Below are positions 52,801-61,371 of a DNA stretch of 64,000 nt, piece after piece. The stretch spans positions 594,471-658,470 of the forward strand of contig NW_004797345.1 in NCBI RefSeq assembly GCF_000002075.1, given 5' to 3'. Within the stretch, counting starts at the first letter, position 1. Each line of letters opens with the position of its first letter. The position numbers and the translations under genes are program-made. Below the pieces are notes generated by a model. The model saw only the letters and a list, made by a program, of their open reading frames with translations. It was not told where the DNA came from and did not search any database. Origin of the DNA: Aplysia californica (lineage: Eukaryota).

Positions 52801-55733
52801 ACGAAAAACCGGATGTGGAGTAAAAAGGCAGAACTCGTTCAAGATTTTGAGAGGGACATGACCATAACCGAAAAAATTAACTTTAGACTCAGAAGATTAC
52901 AGCTAGTGTAAGAGGAAAGTCAAGACCAGTCTCCAATTATATGAAAAGACCAAGAAAAGAAGGCTAAATACAAAATACTTGAAGAGGCATATGACATTAT
53001 AACAAAGCGCAGAGCTTCAATTCTTTTCTTGAATCCGCTGCAACTGACATTTTTCACCATGTAATAGCCTAATTAGCCGCAAAAGCTTCCTCGAAGGATA
53101 TATTTATTAATTTAAAATTGTCCTAGAAGGCCACTCATTGTTGAGGAGAAAAGTGGTTGTCTCAGAAGACAGTTGGACGTCTTGAACAATGTCACTATAA
53201 TAATGAAGAAAAATGCAGGGGTGGGGATGGGAGATTGTGTTTGTGTGAGAGAGAAAGTGGGAAGTGGTCATTTGTACAGGTGACCGTCATGGGCAGATGG
53301 CTGTTAGAGCAGGTTTGACTCTTGTAAAATTGAATGTAGGCAATTACAGCAAAACACAATACAGTCCAACCCTTCGTCCTCGTCGGGGGAGGTGGAAACA
53401 GGATAAAGTAGGGGATAGCTGGGTCCGGGTGAAGTACGGTGTGACTTTATGTCACTGAGGCGTTACGCTAGCCGTGAAGGCCGTCCCGGGTCACTCTGAA
53501 ACGTTGCTGGCTAAAGGGGCTCTGGTGAAACCGTGACTGGCCTAGCACGCCGACGGCGGATAATTACTGCTACAAAACAATTAAAGGAGAAAACACGGAC
53601 AGAAACAAAGGCAGAATAACATGCTGGTGGAAGGATGAAACCAAAGAAGCAATTAGAATGAAAAAGAAGAAATTCAAGAAATGCCATAAGTCAAAGATCG
53701 AAGAAGACTATATAGAAAACAGGAAAGCGAGAAGAGAGACCAAAAGAATCATCAAAACTGCTAAAGAAAAAGCAAGGAAAATATATGGCGAGAAACTGAC
53801 CAAAATCTGCAAGGAAAGCCCCGGACAATTTTATAAAAGTGTGAAGAGCATGCGGGTAAGGAAAGAACCATACAACCCGACATGCATTATAAACGACAAA
53901 GAGGGAAATGCCATTCTCGGCAAACATGCAATTAAGAAAAGATGGGAAAATTACTTCCAAGAACTTCTCAACCCAGACGTTTGCCACGGACAACAAGAAG
54001 AGTTCCAACCATCATACGGAGATCAAACAGAACCACCAATACTTCCCAGTGAAGGCATTCAAGACCAGCCCCAGGACCAGATGACATCATAGTGGAAGCC
54101 ATAAGAGCTTGTGGAAACACCGGTATACTGTGGCTGAGGCGAATTTTCAACAGAGCCTGGGAGCAAAGAAAATGCCCAGAAGACTGGCAGAAAGCCATAG
54201 TGGTACCATTATGGGAAAAAAAGGGCAACAAACGCGACTGCACAACATACAGAGGCATCTCATTGTTAAGCCACTCAGATAAAATATATGCAAAGATACT
54301 AGAGCAGTGCATAAGACCTATTGTAGAGATAAATCCGAGCAAAGCTCAGTTTGGATTCCAAAAGGGAAGAGGATGCACAAATGCTGTATTCACATTACGA
54401 TAGAATGCGAGAAAACAATCGAACACAACAAAGAATCCACCACTGTCTTTATAGACCAGGAGAAGGCGTTTGACACAGTAAACCATGCAAAACTCTGGAA
54501 GACACTCAAAAAGTATGGCGTCAGAGGACAAATGTTAGATAATGTCAGAGCTCTATATACCAACAGCAGAAGCTCAGAAGAACGAAGGAAGGCAATACAG
54601 ACAGGTTCAAAGTAAGGTCTGGAGTACGACAGGGATGCGTTTTATCTCCCCTCCTGTTTATAATACCAAAGTCCAAAAAGCCTAAATGAATTTATGTTCG
54701 CAGACGACCAATGTCTTATTCATCATGACCAACAAAGCCTCCAAAATCACACTACCGAACTCAACAACACCTGTGAGAAATTCAACATTACAATAAGCAC
54801 ATCAAAAACAGAAGTTATGAAAGTGAGCCGAAACCATAGTCCCCTGAATATCCATGTCAATAGTAAACAACTGAAAATGGTGAAGGAGTCTAAATATCTT
54901 GGTAGCACTTTTTCTGAAAACGGGTCAATAGACAGAAAATAGAAATGCGAATTCAAAAAGCCAACGCTGTCACCTACCAGCTCGCACCCCCCCTATCTCA
55001 TCTAAAACATCTCCATTGACACAAAGAGACAGCACCTCACTATTCATACCAACATTATGTTATCAGTGCAAGACCTGGACTTTAAGCAAAATTACAGCAT
55101 GCGAAATGAAATGTCTCTGCAAAACCCTTAACATCACCAGACGAGACAGGCAGAGAAATGAAGAAGTAAGAGCAGCTAACGGCACTGAGTCCTGCCTGTA
55201 TTACATAGAAAGACAGAGGATAAAATGGTTTGGCCACCTGTTACGCATGTCACCTGACCAGCCAGCCTCGAGAGCCTACAACACCAAGCACTCAACCTAT
55301 AAAGGAAGATTAAGGCCATGCAAAAGGTGGATCGAAGGTGTCAAAGAAACCCTAAGAAAACATTACATCACAGCTGAAAGAGCTGCGGAGCTGGCCTACC
55401 ATAGAAAACTGCATCTCCCCGACGCTTAACGGCAACAGAGGATGAAAAAATAAAAGTAGTGCCTATACATAGTCAAGTCTTAAAAACGGCATCATATTAT
55501 GATCTTACTGATCAAGTTTGACCTTTGCCATCCGGCATACTTTCAACAGGCCCCCATATTCTCATTCCAAACCACTGTCACTATTAACTATTATGATGAA
55601 GGATCAATATTATTTTGAGATTGTTCACCTTTTTAACAGGCAACTCTTCATTCTCATCTCCTTTGCCTTCATCCTCTTGTGGCTTCTGTTTACGCGCACC
55701 ACCACGAGGGAAATCTTCTTCCGCCTTCCACAT
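17641..55733 (-). CDS. PDCD11: Protein RRP5 homolog (PDCD11), rRNA biogenesis factor with S1 repeats and C-terminal HAT/TPR repeats; 38 coding exons, about 1,690 aa
   Basis: N-terminus MWKAEEDFPRGG; S1 motifs such as SVSSVEDHGYRVDLG and HLADVPIKRPEKKF; C-terminal PQTAADYERLVLQSPHSSLVWLRYM, EEQEKLNVWLAYLNME and FATLEFSHGDAERGRTMFE match the RRP5 family as I recall it. Exon phases are consistent at every junction I can read; the exon 26 donor is in a gap. Confidence 0.97.
18805..18970 (-). CDS. PDCD11: RRP5 coding exon 37 (AAG acceptor)
   Basis: HVEIITRFATLEFSHGDAERGRTMFE...RTDLWSVYVDM...GA|gtgaga. Confidence 0.95.
19553..19706 (-). CDS. PDCD11: RRP5 coding exon 36
   Basis: DAEQLYIVMTRKYKKDKSVW...LDKKD|gtaagt. 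Confidence 0.93.
20390..20561 (-). mobile_element. 5'-truncated RTE 3' end with 9-bp TSD
   Basis: Translates to GKR*RGRQKRKWEYNITEWTG; (GAA)n tail; ACATATACC duplicated at 20381-20389 and 20562-20570. Confidence 0.8.
20736..20904 (-). CDS. PDCD11: RRP5 coding exon 35
   Basis: REEQEKLNVWLAYLNME...ERAVQYNEP...GKTE|gtgaga. Confidence 0.95.
21380..21564 (-). CDS. PDCD11: RRP5 coding exon 34 (start of HAT/TPR region)
   Basis: YERNQLEG...YERLVLQSPHSSLVWLRYM...ALETISF|gtaaga. Confidence 0.95.
21914..22442 (+). mobile_element. Copy of the Deu/Nin-like SINE
   Basis: Colinear with 59784-60314, including GTTAAAGATCCCTTGG and poly-A tail. Confidence 0.85.
22585..22650 (-). CDS. PDCD11: RRP5 coding exon 33
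   Basis: VAPESLKSRKKKKREEEKLIQE|gtttgt. Confidence 0.85.
23194..23331 (-). CDS. PDCD11: RRP5 coding exon 32
   Basis: TTSEEPSEAPARLSLPGFSWD...EEDDDDDDT|gtgagt. Confidence 0.9.
23715..23955 (-). CDS. PDCD11: RRP5 coding exon 31 (basic/acidic linker, NLS-like)
   Basis: KGPVVQRKKRKRKSS...DSGVDINESS...AASV|gtaagt. Confidence 0.85.
24435..24645 (-). CDS. PDCD11: RRP5 coding exon 30
   Basis: GSDIKLEVGQNV...GQYIRCRV...TLSLLED|gtcagc. Confidence 0.88.
25269..25452 (-). CDS. PDCD11: RRP5 coding exon 29
   Basis: VSGHKVWVQV...FLPGQALLATVL...LVLSLV|gtacgt. Confidence 0.9.
25985..26160 (-). mobile_element. Copy of the 170-bp retroposon fragment
   Basis: TTTTAGTAAGAG...AAGGTCATATAAGTGC...AGAGCACC, shared with 645-812 and 43447-43620. 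Confidence 0.75.
26529..26613 (-). CDS. PDCD11: RRP5 coding exon 28
   Basis: KLKGKTKELLVPELDLAIGDLVWVFVIK|gtaagt. Confidence 0.88.
26737..26905 (-). mobile_element. Copy of the 170-bp retroposon fragment
   Basis: More diverged match to the same family. Confidence 0.7.
28461..28523 (-). CDS. PDCD11: RRP5 coding exon 27
   Basis: YLPVTKVKSSRTLLECTLKE|gtattc. Confidence 0.88.
29220..29291 (-). CDS. PDCD11: RRP5 coding exon 26 (3' end lost in N-gap 29044-29219)
   Basis: ctcgtag|GENPLRRFHPEQMIKVRVIGLRDV then gap. Confidence 0.85.
29465..30697. mobile_element. Non-autonomous DNA transposon with 6-bp TSD
   Basis: Perfect 13-bp TIRs CATACCTGCCAAC / GTTGGCAGGTATG; CAAAAG on both flanks; subterminal AAATCTGTAGTTG repeats. 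Confidence 0.75.
30911..32093. mobile_element. Non-autonomous DNA transposon with TAA flanks (unclassified)
   Basis: TAA|TGTAGCAATGCC ... GGCATTGCTATG|TAA; both ends fit CpG decay of an ancestral CGTAGCAATGCC TIR. Confidence 0.6.
32128..32221 (-). CDS. PDCD11: RRP5 coding exon 25
   Basis: KVKTVHPLQLNI...HGRVHISEAADDLKQ|gtgagt. Confidence 0.9.
32948..33079 (-). CDS. PDCD11: RRP5 coding exon 24
   Basis: GFGDSQIGVLLM...HQIKPETFMEA|gtaagt. Confidence 0.85.
33287..33354 (-). CDS. PDCD11: RRP5 coding exon 23
   Basis: HMNDVEANPMYKVGTFTDVVIK|gtgagt. Confidence 0.88.
33917..34030 (-). CDS. PDCD11: RRP5 coding exon 22
   Basis: LKAEQVLKGDVLLV...FVPGRK|gtgagt. Confidence 0.9.
34956..35092 (-). CDS. 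PDCD11: RRP5 coding exon 21
   Basis: GVEPKEGQSYEAVVLFVD...NVKTQ|gtttga. Confidence 0.85.
35757..35891 (-). CDS. PDCD11: RRP5 coding exon 20
   Basis: EELSCYSDVKLGDVV...ATKYHFG|gtaagt. Confidence 0.9.
36121..36607 (-). mobile_element. Copy of the Deu/Nin-like SINE
   Basis: Reverse-complement match with tRNA head (GGTTCAAATCC) and T-run tail. Confidence 0.85.
36721..36940 (-). CDS. PDCD11: RRP5 coding exon 19
   Basis: TLTNLQP...FKRGQSV...KERFLGSLR...FAEH|gtgagt. Confidence 0.9.
38872..38967 (-). CDS. PDCD11: RRP5 coding exon 18
   Basis: SGQLLPAVIQNHEDYGIFLEL...CPAK|gtgagt. Confidence 0.92.
39634..39708 (-). CDS. PDCD11: RRP5 coding exon 17
   Basis: IMTMKECFLQAAQQKQLLENFADLK|gtgagt. Confidence 0.88.
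40231..40422 (-). CDS. PDCD11: RRP5 coding exon 16
   Basis: IVSARIV...AFLPYSHLSDY...RRKQP|gtatcc. Confidence 0.9.
40847..40912 (-). CDS. PDCD11: RRP5 coding exon 15
   Basis: FGTSKGKADSDVSSQDHYELGK|gtaatt. Confidence 0.8.
41661..41795 (-). CDS. PDCD11: RRP5 coding exon 14
   Basis: GFVSRKYMSTEQVEDPTTLFYVGQVIRCRV...LSFN|gtaaga. Confidence 0.92.
41955..42292. repeat. About 167-bp tandem duplication in an RRP5 intron
   Basis: Two near-identical copies of ...AAATTGTGAAATGCATAAAAATGC...GAAAAGGAAAACT. Confidence 0.9.
42324..42503 (-). CDS. PDCD11: RRP5 coding exon 13
   Basis: VLRINHQKNKVILTHKKSLV...FGDVK|gtcagt. Confidence 0.92.
42808..42954 (-). CDS. PDCD11: RRP5 coding exon 12
   Basis: ATVTEVHLNG...HLADVPIKRPEKKFDAGMKLKCR|gtgagt. 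Confidence 0.92.
43447..43620 (-). mobile_element. Copy of the 170-bp retroposon fragment
   Basis: Close match to 645-812. Confidence 0.75.
44695..44755 (-). CDS. PDCD11: RRP5 coding exon 11
   Basis: SILSQKFLTIHDVNIGDVVE|gtaagc. Confidence 0.9.
45060..45382 (+). mobile_element. tRNA-derived CORE-type SINE with L2-like (ATT)n tail
   Basis: GGGTTTGAATCC; TTGTGTCCTTGGGAAAGGCACTTTAC; GCGCTATACAAAT plus (TAT)n. Confidence 0.75.
45487..45611 (-). CDS. PDCD11: RRP5 coding exon 10
   Basis: LSKLTDK...HQCRILGFNFIEGVALVTLK|gtgagt. Confidence 0.9.
46251..46457 (-). CDS. PDCD11: RRP5 coding exon 9
   Basis: VDARVLYVHPVTK...GVRAFAA|gtaagt. Confidence 0.9.
46490..46855. repeat. Degenerate 60-bp tandem repeats filling the intron between RRP5 exons 8 and 9
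   Basis: Repeated AAATGAGCACAAATATTT...TTTAAATCATTA units. Confidence 0.7.
46877..46978 (-). CDS. PDCD11: RRP5 coding exon 8
   Basis: KTDTGLIGKVYNFEAVIH...KVKAE|gtgagg. Confidence 0.85.
47599..48362. mobile_element. Tc1/pogo (Tigger-like) MITE
   Basis: TA|CAGTGGGTGTCGCATTCAACGAG ... CTCGTTGAATGCAACACTCACTG|TA; internal CAACGAGG repeats. Confidence 0.85.
48448..48513 (-). CDS. PDCD11: RRP5 coding exon 7
   Basis: LEETTSLNTVLPGMRVKAVIEK|gtatgt. Confidence 0.88.
49028..49155 (-). CDS. PDCD11: RRP5 coding exon 6
   Basis: GEPLSVGQPLWCVL...VKQAT|gtaagc. Confidence 0.88.
49560..49683 (-). CDS. PDCD11: RRP5 coding exon 5
   Basis: LLFGSVSSVEDHGYRVDLG...YNS|gtgaga. Confidence 0.92.
50448..50612 (-). 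CDS. PDCD11: RRP5 coding exon 4
   Basis: DLKPVDEMFRPGLLV...LTDGL|gtatgt. Confidence 0.9.
51554..51727 (-). CDS. PDCD11: RRP5 coding exon 3
   Basis: CLTTELCVLGCVRE...EPEISE|gtgagg. Confidence 0.9.
52374..52502 (-). CDS. PDCD11: RRP5 coding exon 2
   Basis: tttcag|NANKQQKAIKRKRS...VPLHQ|gtaagt. Confidence 0.8.
53317..55460 (+). mobile_element. Decayed RTE-clade non-LTR retrotransposon (RT pseudogene; endonuclease region absent), antisense in an RRP5 intron
   Basis: Frameshifted ORFs with LINE RT motifs KRWENYFQELLN, CPEDWQKAIVVPLWEKKG...YRGISLLSH, QFGFQKGRG, FIDQEKAFD, GVRQGCVLSPLLF, MFADD, KYLGS and RIKWFGHLLRM. Confidence 0.92.
55629..55733 (-). CDS. PDCD11: RRP5 coding exon 1 (exon begins at 55756 with 23 nt of 5' UTR)
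   Basis: MWKAEEDFPRGGARKQ...LPVKK|gtgaac. Confidence 0.9.
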
Positions 55734-56172
55734 TTTGTGTTTGGCTAGACTAGAACCTGAAAAGAAAGTACAAGCTTGAAAGAAATTCAAACATGATATT
55801 ATTCATGAGTACACTGTAGCTTTTTTAAAGGAAGAATGAAAAAGCAGTTCATTTTCAGTAAATAAACACCACACTGTCATTACTATTACTTTTAGGATAC
55901 TTCTGTATGCTGTGTCCAGGTCAATGGTCAATACGACGACAACAAATTGAAACAATGAATGTTAACAGTTGCATCATCACCCCATTCAATACATAGGCCT
56001 TAGACTTGCCTTAGAAGTATAATGCCATGAACATACATACACACTTAGAAGACAAGTTGTATTCATTTCAACCAGTCACTGACACCTCATTATAGAGTTC
56101 TATAACTTTGTCTTAAGTTACAATAAAGTAAACTATGTCAGAGTCATGAATGGTCAAGACAATATAATGTGA

Positions 56173-56608
56173 GGCAGCTTGGTGAAATCAGGTGCTCGTC
56201 AAAATACAGCAGAAATTGGAGAAACAGATTTTCCAATTAGTCTGTTTTATCAAATTTTTATTTTTTGGCTCAACGTCTTTTAAGTAGTTTTAAGTCCATA
56301 TTTATAAAAACACGAATCATACTGAAATACATTGATTAAAAGCACACAAAAATGTAATTTTTCTGTTTTCAAGGACTCTTTAACTATTGGAGTCACCAAA
56401 CTTTGGTGGCCATTTTCTCGCTAATTTCACCACTGAAATCAAGCGACCTCACATTCTTCAATCACAAACTTGAGTTCTATTTAAGATAGATAGATGGATA
56501 TATTTATTTCATCTGAAGCATGGCATTCACATAAAAATCAGCTTTTAGTAATACCAATAACCCCATATATATGCCCAAAATTTGACGAGCGCCCGATTCC
56601 ACCGCGCC
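56173..56608. mobile_element. MITE with imperfect TIRs (related end also at 8710-8741)
   Basis: GGTGAAATCAGGTGCTCGTCAAAA versus TTTGACGAGCGCCCGATTCCACC. Confidence 0.55.
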
Positions 56609-57104
56609 ATGACACACATGTAAATTAATAATTCATATTACATTACAATTTGAAATGTCACAAAAAAAACCCAGCAGTGTTGACAGCCAGACAGTGACAA
56701 TGGAATATTATTTTCTATAGTATAGCGATCTGTCAAATTCATATCCAAAACGATTTTTTTTTTTGGTCAGGCGTTGAAAACCTGAACGGGAGCAATACAA
56801 TTACTCTACTACAAACTGAAAAAAAACCCCAAAACAAATGGAGTGAGTATTCTCACCCGGACTCCATACTATTTTCACCCGCGTTTTTCATTTCCACCTT
56901 TTTTATATTGTTTAGGTTTTGAGAGTCTATCACAGAAATTATGACATGTTGGGATTCAACACTGATCATCTGTCATAGATCTAGATTCTAGATCTCTCCT
57001 GCCCTTTTTAACTCCCAATGGAGCTTTAGCGAAGCCTTTCCTGTGCATCCTTTTCTAGAGCTAGCTGTTTCCATGTCTAGATTCTGGATCTAGCTCACAA
57101 GAAA

Positions 57105-57250
57105 CGGAGTATATCTACGTACACGGTAACCGAGCACCTAGTCTCAGTATCTACGAACGTACGCGACACTGAGACTACCTGCCTGGTTGCCGATACCGTG
57201 CATTCTATACTGAGGCTAGGTGCCCGGTTACAGTGTACATAGACACCCCG
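57105..57250. mobile_element. Short palindromic MITE-like element
   Basis: About 45-bp imperfect inverted arms ...GTAACCGAGCACCTAGTCTCAGTAT / ATACTGAGGCTAGGTGCCCGGTTAC... Confidence 0.6.
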
Positions 57251-58257
57251 CACAAAAAACCCCCCTTGTTTCTGTATAATTACTGTAATTTTTGTTGAAA
57301 ATGGAAGAAGAATAACAACACACTACAATGCGATAGTCGCCATAGTTATTGTACCCTGCAAAACCTGGCCATTTTGCAATTCCGAACAACTTAGCCAGGT
57401 TTTACCAGCTTCGAATAACTAAGGAAATGAGTGGCTGAATCCGTCTGCCTCGCTGTCAAGTGTTAAGGGTATCGTGTAATCATTATACTGCCTTATTTCA
57501 CAATTTTTTATCAGCCTATTTACTTGTATATTATTTTATTTAGGTTAAGCCTACCTGTTCTCAACACCCAGGTGAGAATAAAATCCATTGTATTCTCAGA
57601 CCGGGTGAGAGTAATAATAATTATTCTTACCCGAGTGAGAACAAAAAATGGATACTATTCTTACCCAGGGAGAGAATAGCGACAGACATTAAAACAAAAC
57701 AAGTAGGCTAATATGTATTTGTTGGGCGCGATCTGTCGATTTGCGCTATCCATCGACCGCGTAGCGCATTTGGTTGATCAAGGAAACGCACGACAATCCA
57801 TCGATTGTTGCGCATTCTGTCGATCAGCGGATCGCGCAGCGCCTTTTGTCGATCCGTGAAATATACTTACTGCGCATTCTGTCAATAAACTATGATGATG
57901 AAGTGAATTTAAAAAAAAAAGAAAATTGGTTTATTGAGCACGTCAGTCTTTGAGTTTGAGCATCCAAAAAGAGTTGTGTGATGAACTTAAAGTGTTAACG
58001 TTGACGGTTGAGTGAGGCGGTCAAATTAACACGACGTTAAATCGAGCACCTGAACTCAGTATTTGGACGGATGTGATTGGCTGCGAACTTCACGTGGTAT
58101 TCCAAATACGGTCAAGATTTAATGGCTTGTGATAAATTGTTGTGTGTTGATTAAACATTTATTATACAAGTATTGTTTTCTTTATTTCCTTGATAAGAGC
58201 ACCTCGAGCACAACCAAACTCTCCATATGAATAAGTGTTCGGAGTGATCATACTCAC

Positions 58258-58540
58258 CGACCTATAAGGCCTAACCCTGATTGCACTCTCATTAGATCTA
58301 CCAAACAGCAGTGTCTAAGTACACGATAACTGACAACTCAGGGTCTTTCCACCACCACTACAGCATCATCGCTACTTCCGCTACCATTTTTTTCCCACAT
58401 GTTTAATTTGATTTTGTTGAGTATTGAGTTTTTCTGTAATTTAAAAAAAAAATCACATCGCACAAAACCGACAGCCGTGGCCCCTTCCCCCATAAGCAGA
58501 GAGTGCGATATCGCTACGCGCAGTCTCATTGGTCGAAACA
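58258..58540 (-). promoter_or_regulatory. Candidate RRP5 promoter and non-coding first exon
   Basis: Coding exon 1 starts at an acceptor (55756), so an upstream UTR exon must exist. Strong donor CG|GTGAGTA at 58258/58257. An AAAATGG/CGGAAG (YY1/ETS-like) motif near 58375-58390 and CCAAT near 58530, on the - strand. No transcript evidence. Confidence 0.45.
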
Positions 58541-58977
58541 ATTAACTTTGCCCCCAGCAACGTCAGCTCAACATAGTTATGACGCAGGGAGGGCCAGTTT
58601 AAATAGAACTAGTAACTGGATATTAAAGCTCACGTCTCAATTGTTATCAAAAAGGCTTAGTTAGAGGCGACAAAATGATCACCTATAATTTTTGCCTCGG
58701 TGCCCTAGCAAATTGCCTCGGTGCCCTCTGAATTTTAGTCAGATTTATATTCGCCTTGCACGCTCAGCAGAGTGAGAGAGGGGAGGTGAATTTTGTCGCC
58801 TGGAGCGCTACGAGGGTTAATATACAGGTAGACATTTCCATCTTTTGGTGCCATGCGGTTGGATACTTAGATGTAGTCACGTGATCGGAGGGGGGTGTAT
58901 CCTGGTCTGACGTTAAACAAGATGGGCGGCTACCTAAAAATAGTTTGCGCCCTTCTACGTTTAATCGCATGAAATAA

Positions 58978-59243
58978 GGGAGGACTTCCGTAACGAGCGA
59001 CCACCCCATCAAACACAATAAAGAAGAGGCCTAGACCTAACCCTACTCCTAACCTTAACCCTACCCCAAGCCCTCAATTCTGCTCTGTCTCATAGTGGTT
59101 GTTCGTTACGGAAGTCCTCCCGAATTGAGGGCTAGGGGTAGGGGTAGATCGAGGGGAAGGGGTAGGGGTAGATCTAGGGGTAGGGTTAGATCTCTTCTTT
59201 ATTATGTTTGATAGGGTGGTCACTCGTTACGGAAGTCCTTCCC
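58978..59243. mobile_element. PIF/Harbinger-like MITE with internal (CCTAAC)-like repeats
   Basis: TAA|GGGAGGACTTCCGTAACGAG ... CTCGTTACGGAAGTCCTTCCC|TAA; a third TIR copy lies internally near 59095-59121. Confidence 0.75.
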
Positions 59244-59783
59244 TAATAAAACCCTAAAATCCTAAAAAAAAGCTACAAAATAAGGTGATCTACTAATCCC
59301 CGACTCAGACCTTCAAAACTTTGAACTACGCCTAAAAATGTGCAAAGGAAGTGGCTATTCTCATCCGGGGTGAGAATAGAAAAACGATCTACCTCTCACC
59401 CCGGGTGAGACTTGTCAGCGTAGGCTATTCTCACCCGGTGCGAAACAAGACCTGCTTTTCCTCATTTTGGAATACTGTCTATCGGTGTGGATGATCAAAT
59501 TGATAAAAGCCAAGAAAAAATTACGTTATAGCACAAAAGTAAGCTAATTTGATCGTCTTCAAAGATGCTATGGCTATTTCACTGTTCGAATCGAGCCGAA
59601 CTACGCGGGTCGCCATTTTGTTTTGCCCGGAAGTTCTCGCAAAATCTACTCCTCCCCGCTCTCTCTCTCTGTTTCTTTCTGAATACTGTCTATCGGTGTG
59701 GACGATCAAATTGACCAAAACAAAGTTAAAAAATGATGTTAAAACACAAAAGTAAATTAATTTGGTTGTCTACAAAGATGCTA

Positions 59784-60314
59784 TGGGGGCTCTCGTGGCC
59801 TAGAGGTTAAGGTGTTGGCCTCTCATTCAAAGGTCCCGGGTTCGAATCCGGGTAGCGACCGAAGGATTTTCTTCTCTAAAATTGTCTCCTTTCACCTCCT
59901 TTCTAGCTCTCTAGCAATGTTCTGTTGTCTGCTTTCAATTCCACTTTCTGCCCCCACCCCCTCACCTCCTTTGCCCCCTCCTCTGGGCTCCTGACTCTTT
60001 CTGCAGCCTTTCTACTGCTACTCCTTGGCTCCTCCTTACTGCTGTCTTTCTGCCACACCCCTGATCTTCTGGTAGGAAAGATCTACTCCTAGCCTTCTCG
60101 GACAAGGGCGAAAAATCTCGGAGGGCTCGTGTGCAAGTTGCGCACGTTAAAGATCCCTTGGTGGTCTAAAATCGATAAGAGTAGGCTTCGGCCGCCACCC
60201 GGGCAAAATTCAAAAATTTCCTACCAACTGAAAATATTAGGTGTGTCCCGCGCGCTCATATGACCTATGCAGTTGCGAGCGCCGTAAAACACTTTACAAA
60301 AACAAAAAAAAACA
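59784..60314 (+). mobile_element. Full-length tRNA-headed SINE with Deu/Nin-like central domain and A-rich tail
   Basis: Box A TGGCCTAGAGG, box B GGTTCGAATCC and a tRNA-Glu(CTC)-like head. Central CACGTTAAAGATCCC...TAAGAGTAGG. 10-bp TSD AAAGATGCTA (59774-59783, 60315-60324), confirmed by uninterrupted host copies near 61110 and 62730. Confidence 0.9.
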
Positions 60315-61371
60315 AAAGATGCTACGGCTATTTAGCTTTTCGAATCGAACAGAACTACGCGGGTCGCCATTTTGTTTTGACCGGAAGTTCTCGCGCTACT
60401 CCTCTCTCTCTCTCCACTGCCCACAGACAAAATTGTACGCTTTTAGTAGGCTACAGTTGTTGTAATGGAACGTTTGTGCACGGCACAGAATTCTACAATT
60501 TTTCTGTTATCAGTGTAGAATTCTGTGGTTTAGGGTGAACGCAAAATTTGTTGGCCTAGATCTAGGCTATAACGGTGAACGCGCACCGGGTGAGAATAGC
60601 CAAAAAATTTGCCTGCACTATTCTCATCCCGGGTGAGAATAGAGGTGGCCATGTGCAAACTAGATCTAGATCTAGATCTACCGTAATTTTGTCATAAACA
60701 GATCGTACAGTGGTTTTCAGTCTTCCATCATGATTTTGGAAGCCATTGAGTACAATCTTGATGACATAGAATTTTGATCCAGATCTGATGGTGGTCGCTC
60801 GTTTCGGAAGTCCTCAATTGAAGAATTAAGGCCACCTCTATTCTTACCCGGAGTGAGAATAGTGCAGGCGAGTCTTGTGGCTATTCTCACCCGGTGCGCG
60901 TTCACCAAATTTTGCGTTCACCCTAAACCACAGAATTCTACACTGTGATAACAGAAAAATTGTAGAATTCTGTGCCGTGAACAAACGTTCCATTACAACT
61001 GTAGCCTACTAAAAGCGTACAATTTTGTCTGTGGGCAGTGGAGAGAGAGAGAGAAAGAGAGAGAGGAGTACCGTGTAGTTCGGCTCGATTCGAAAAGTTA
61101 AATAGCCGTAGCATCTTTGTAGACAAGCAAATTAATTTATTTTTGAGTTTTAACATCATTTTTTAACTTTGTTTTGGTCAATTTGATCGTCCACACCGAT
61201 AGACAGTACTCAGAAAGAGACAGAGAGAGAGAGAAGAGGGGAGGAGTTGATCTTGCGAGAACTTCCGGGCGGGTGAGAATAGCCACTTTCAAGAATTAAA
61301 CGTGCTAAAGTCTTTATTTATTAAAGTATAAGACATAATAATAAGATCACCCAAAATAATACCATTTATTT

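Noticed and set aside
17792-55628. Intronic snoRNAs, which ribosome-biogenesis genes often host
   Set aside because: I found no convincing sense-strand box C/D pair with a terminal stem by eye. H/ACA RNAs cannot be excluded without an Infernal or snoscan search.
59035-59190. Telomere-like CCTAAC/TAGGG repeats
   Set aside because: They are short, degenerate and internal to a MITE with TIRs and TSD, so not an interstitial telomere.
59785-59858. tRNA-Glu-like gene
   Set aside because: The acceptor stem does not close, and the sequence continues into a repeated SINE body with poly-A tail and TSD. It is a SINE head.
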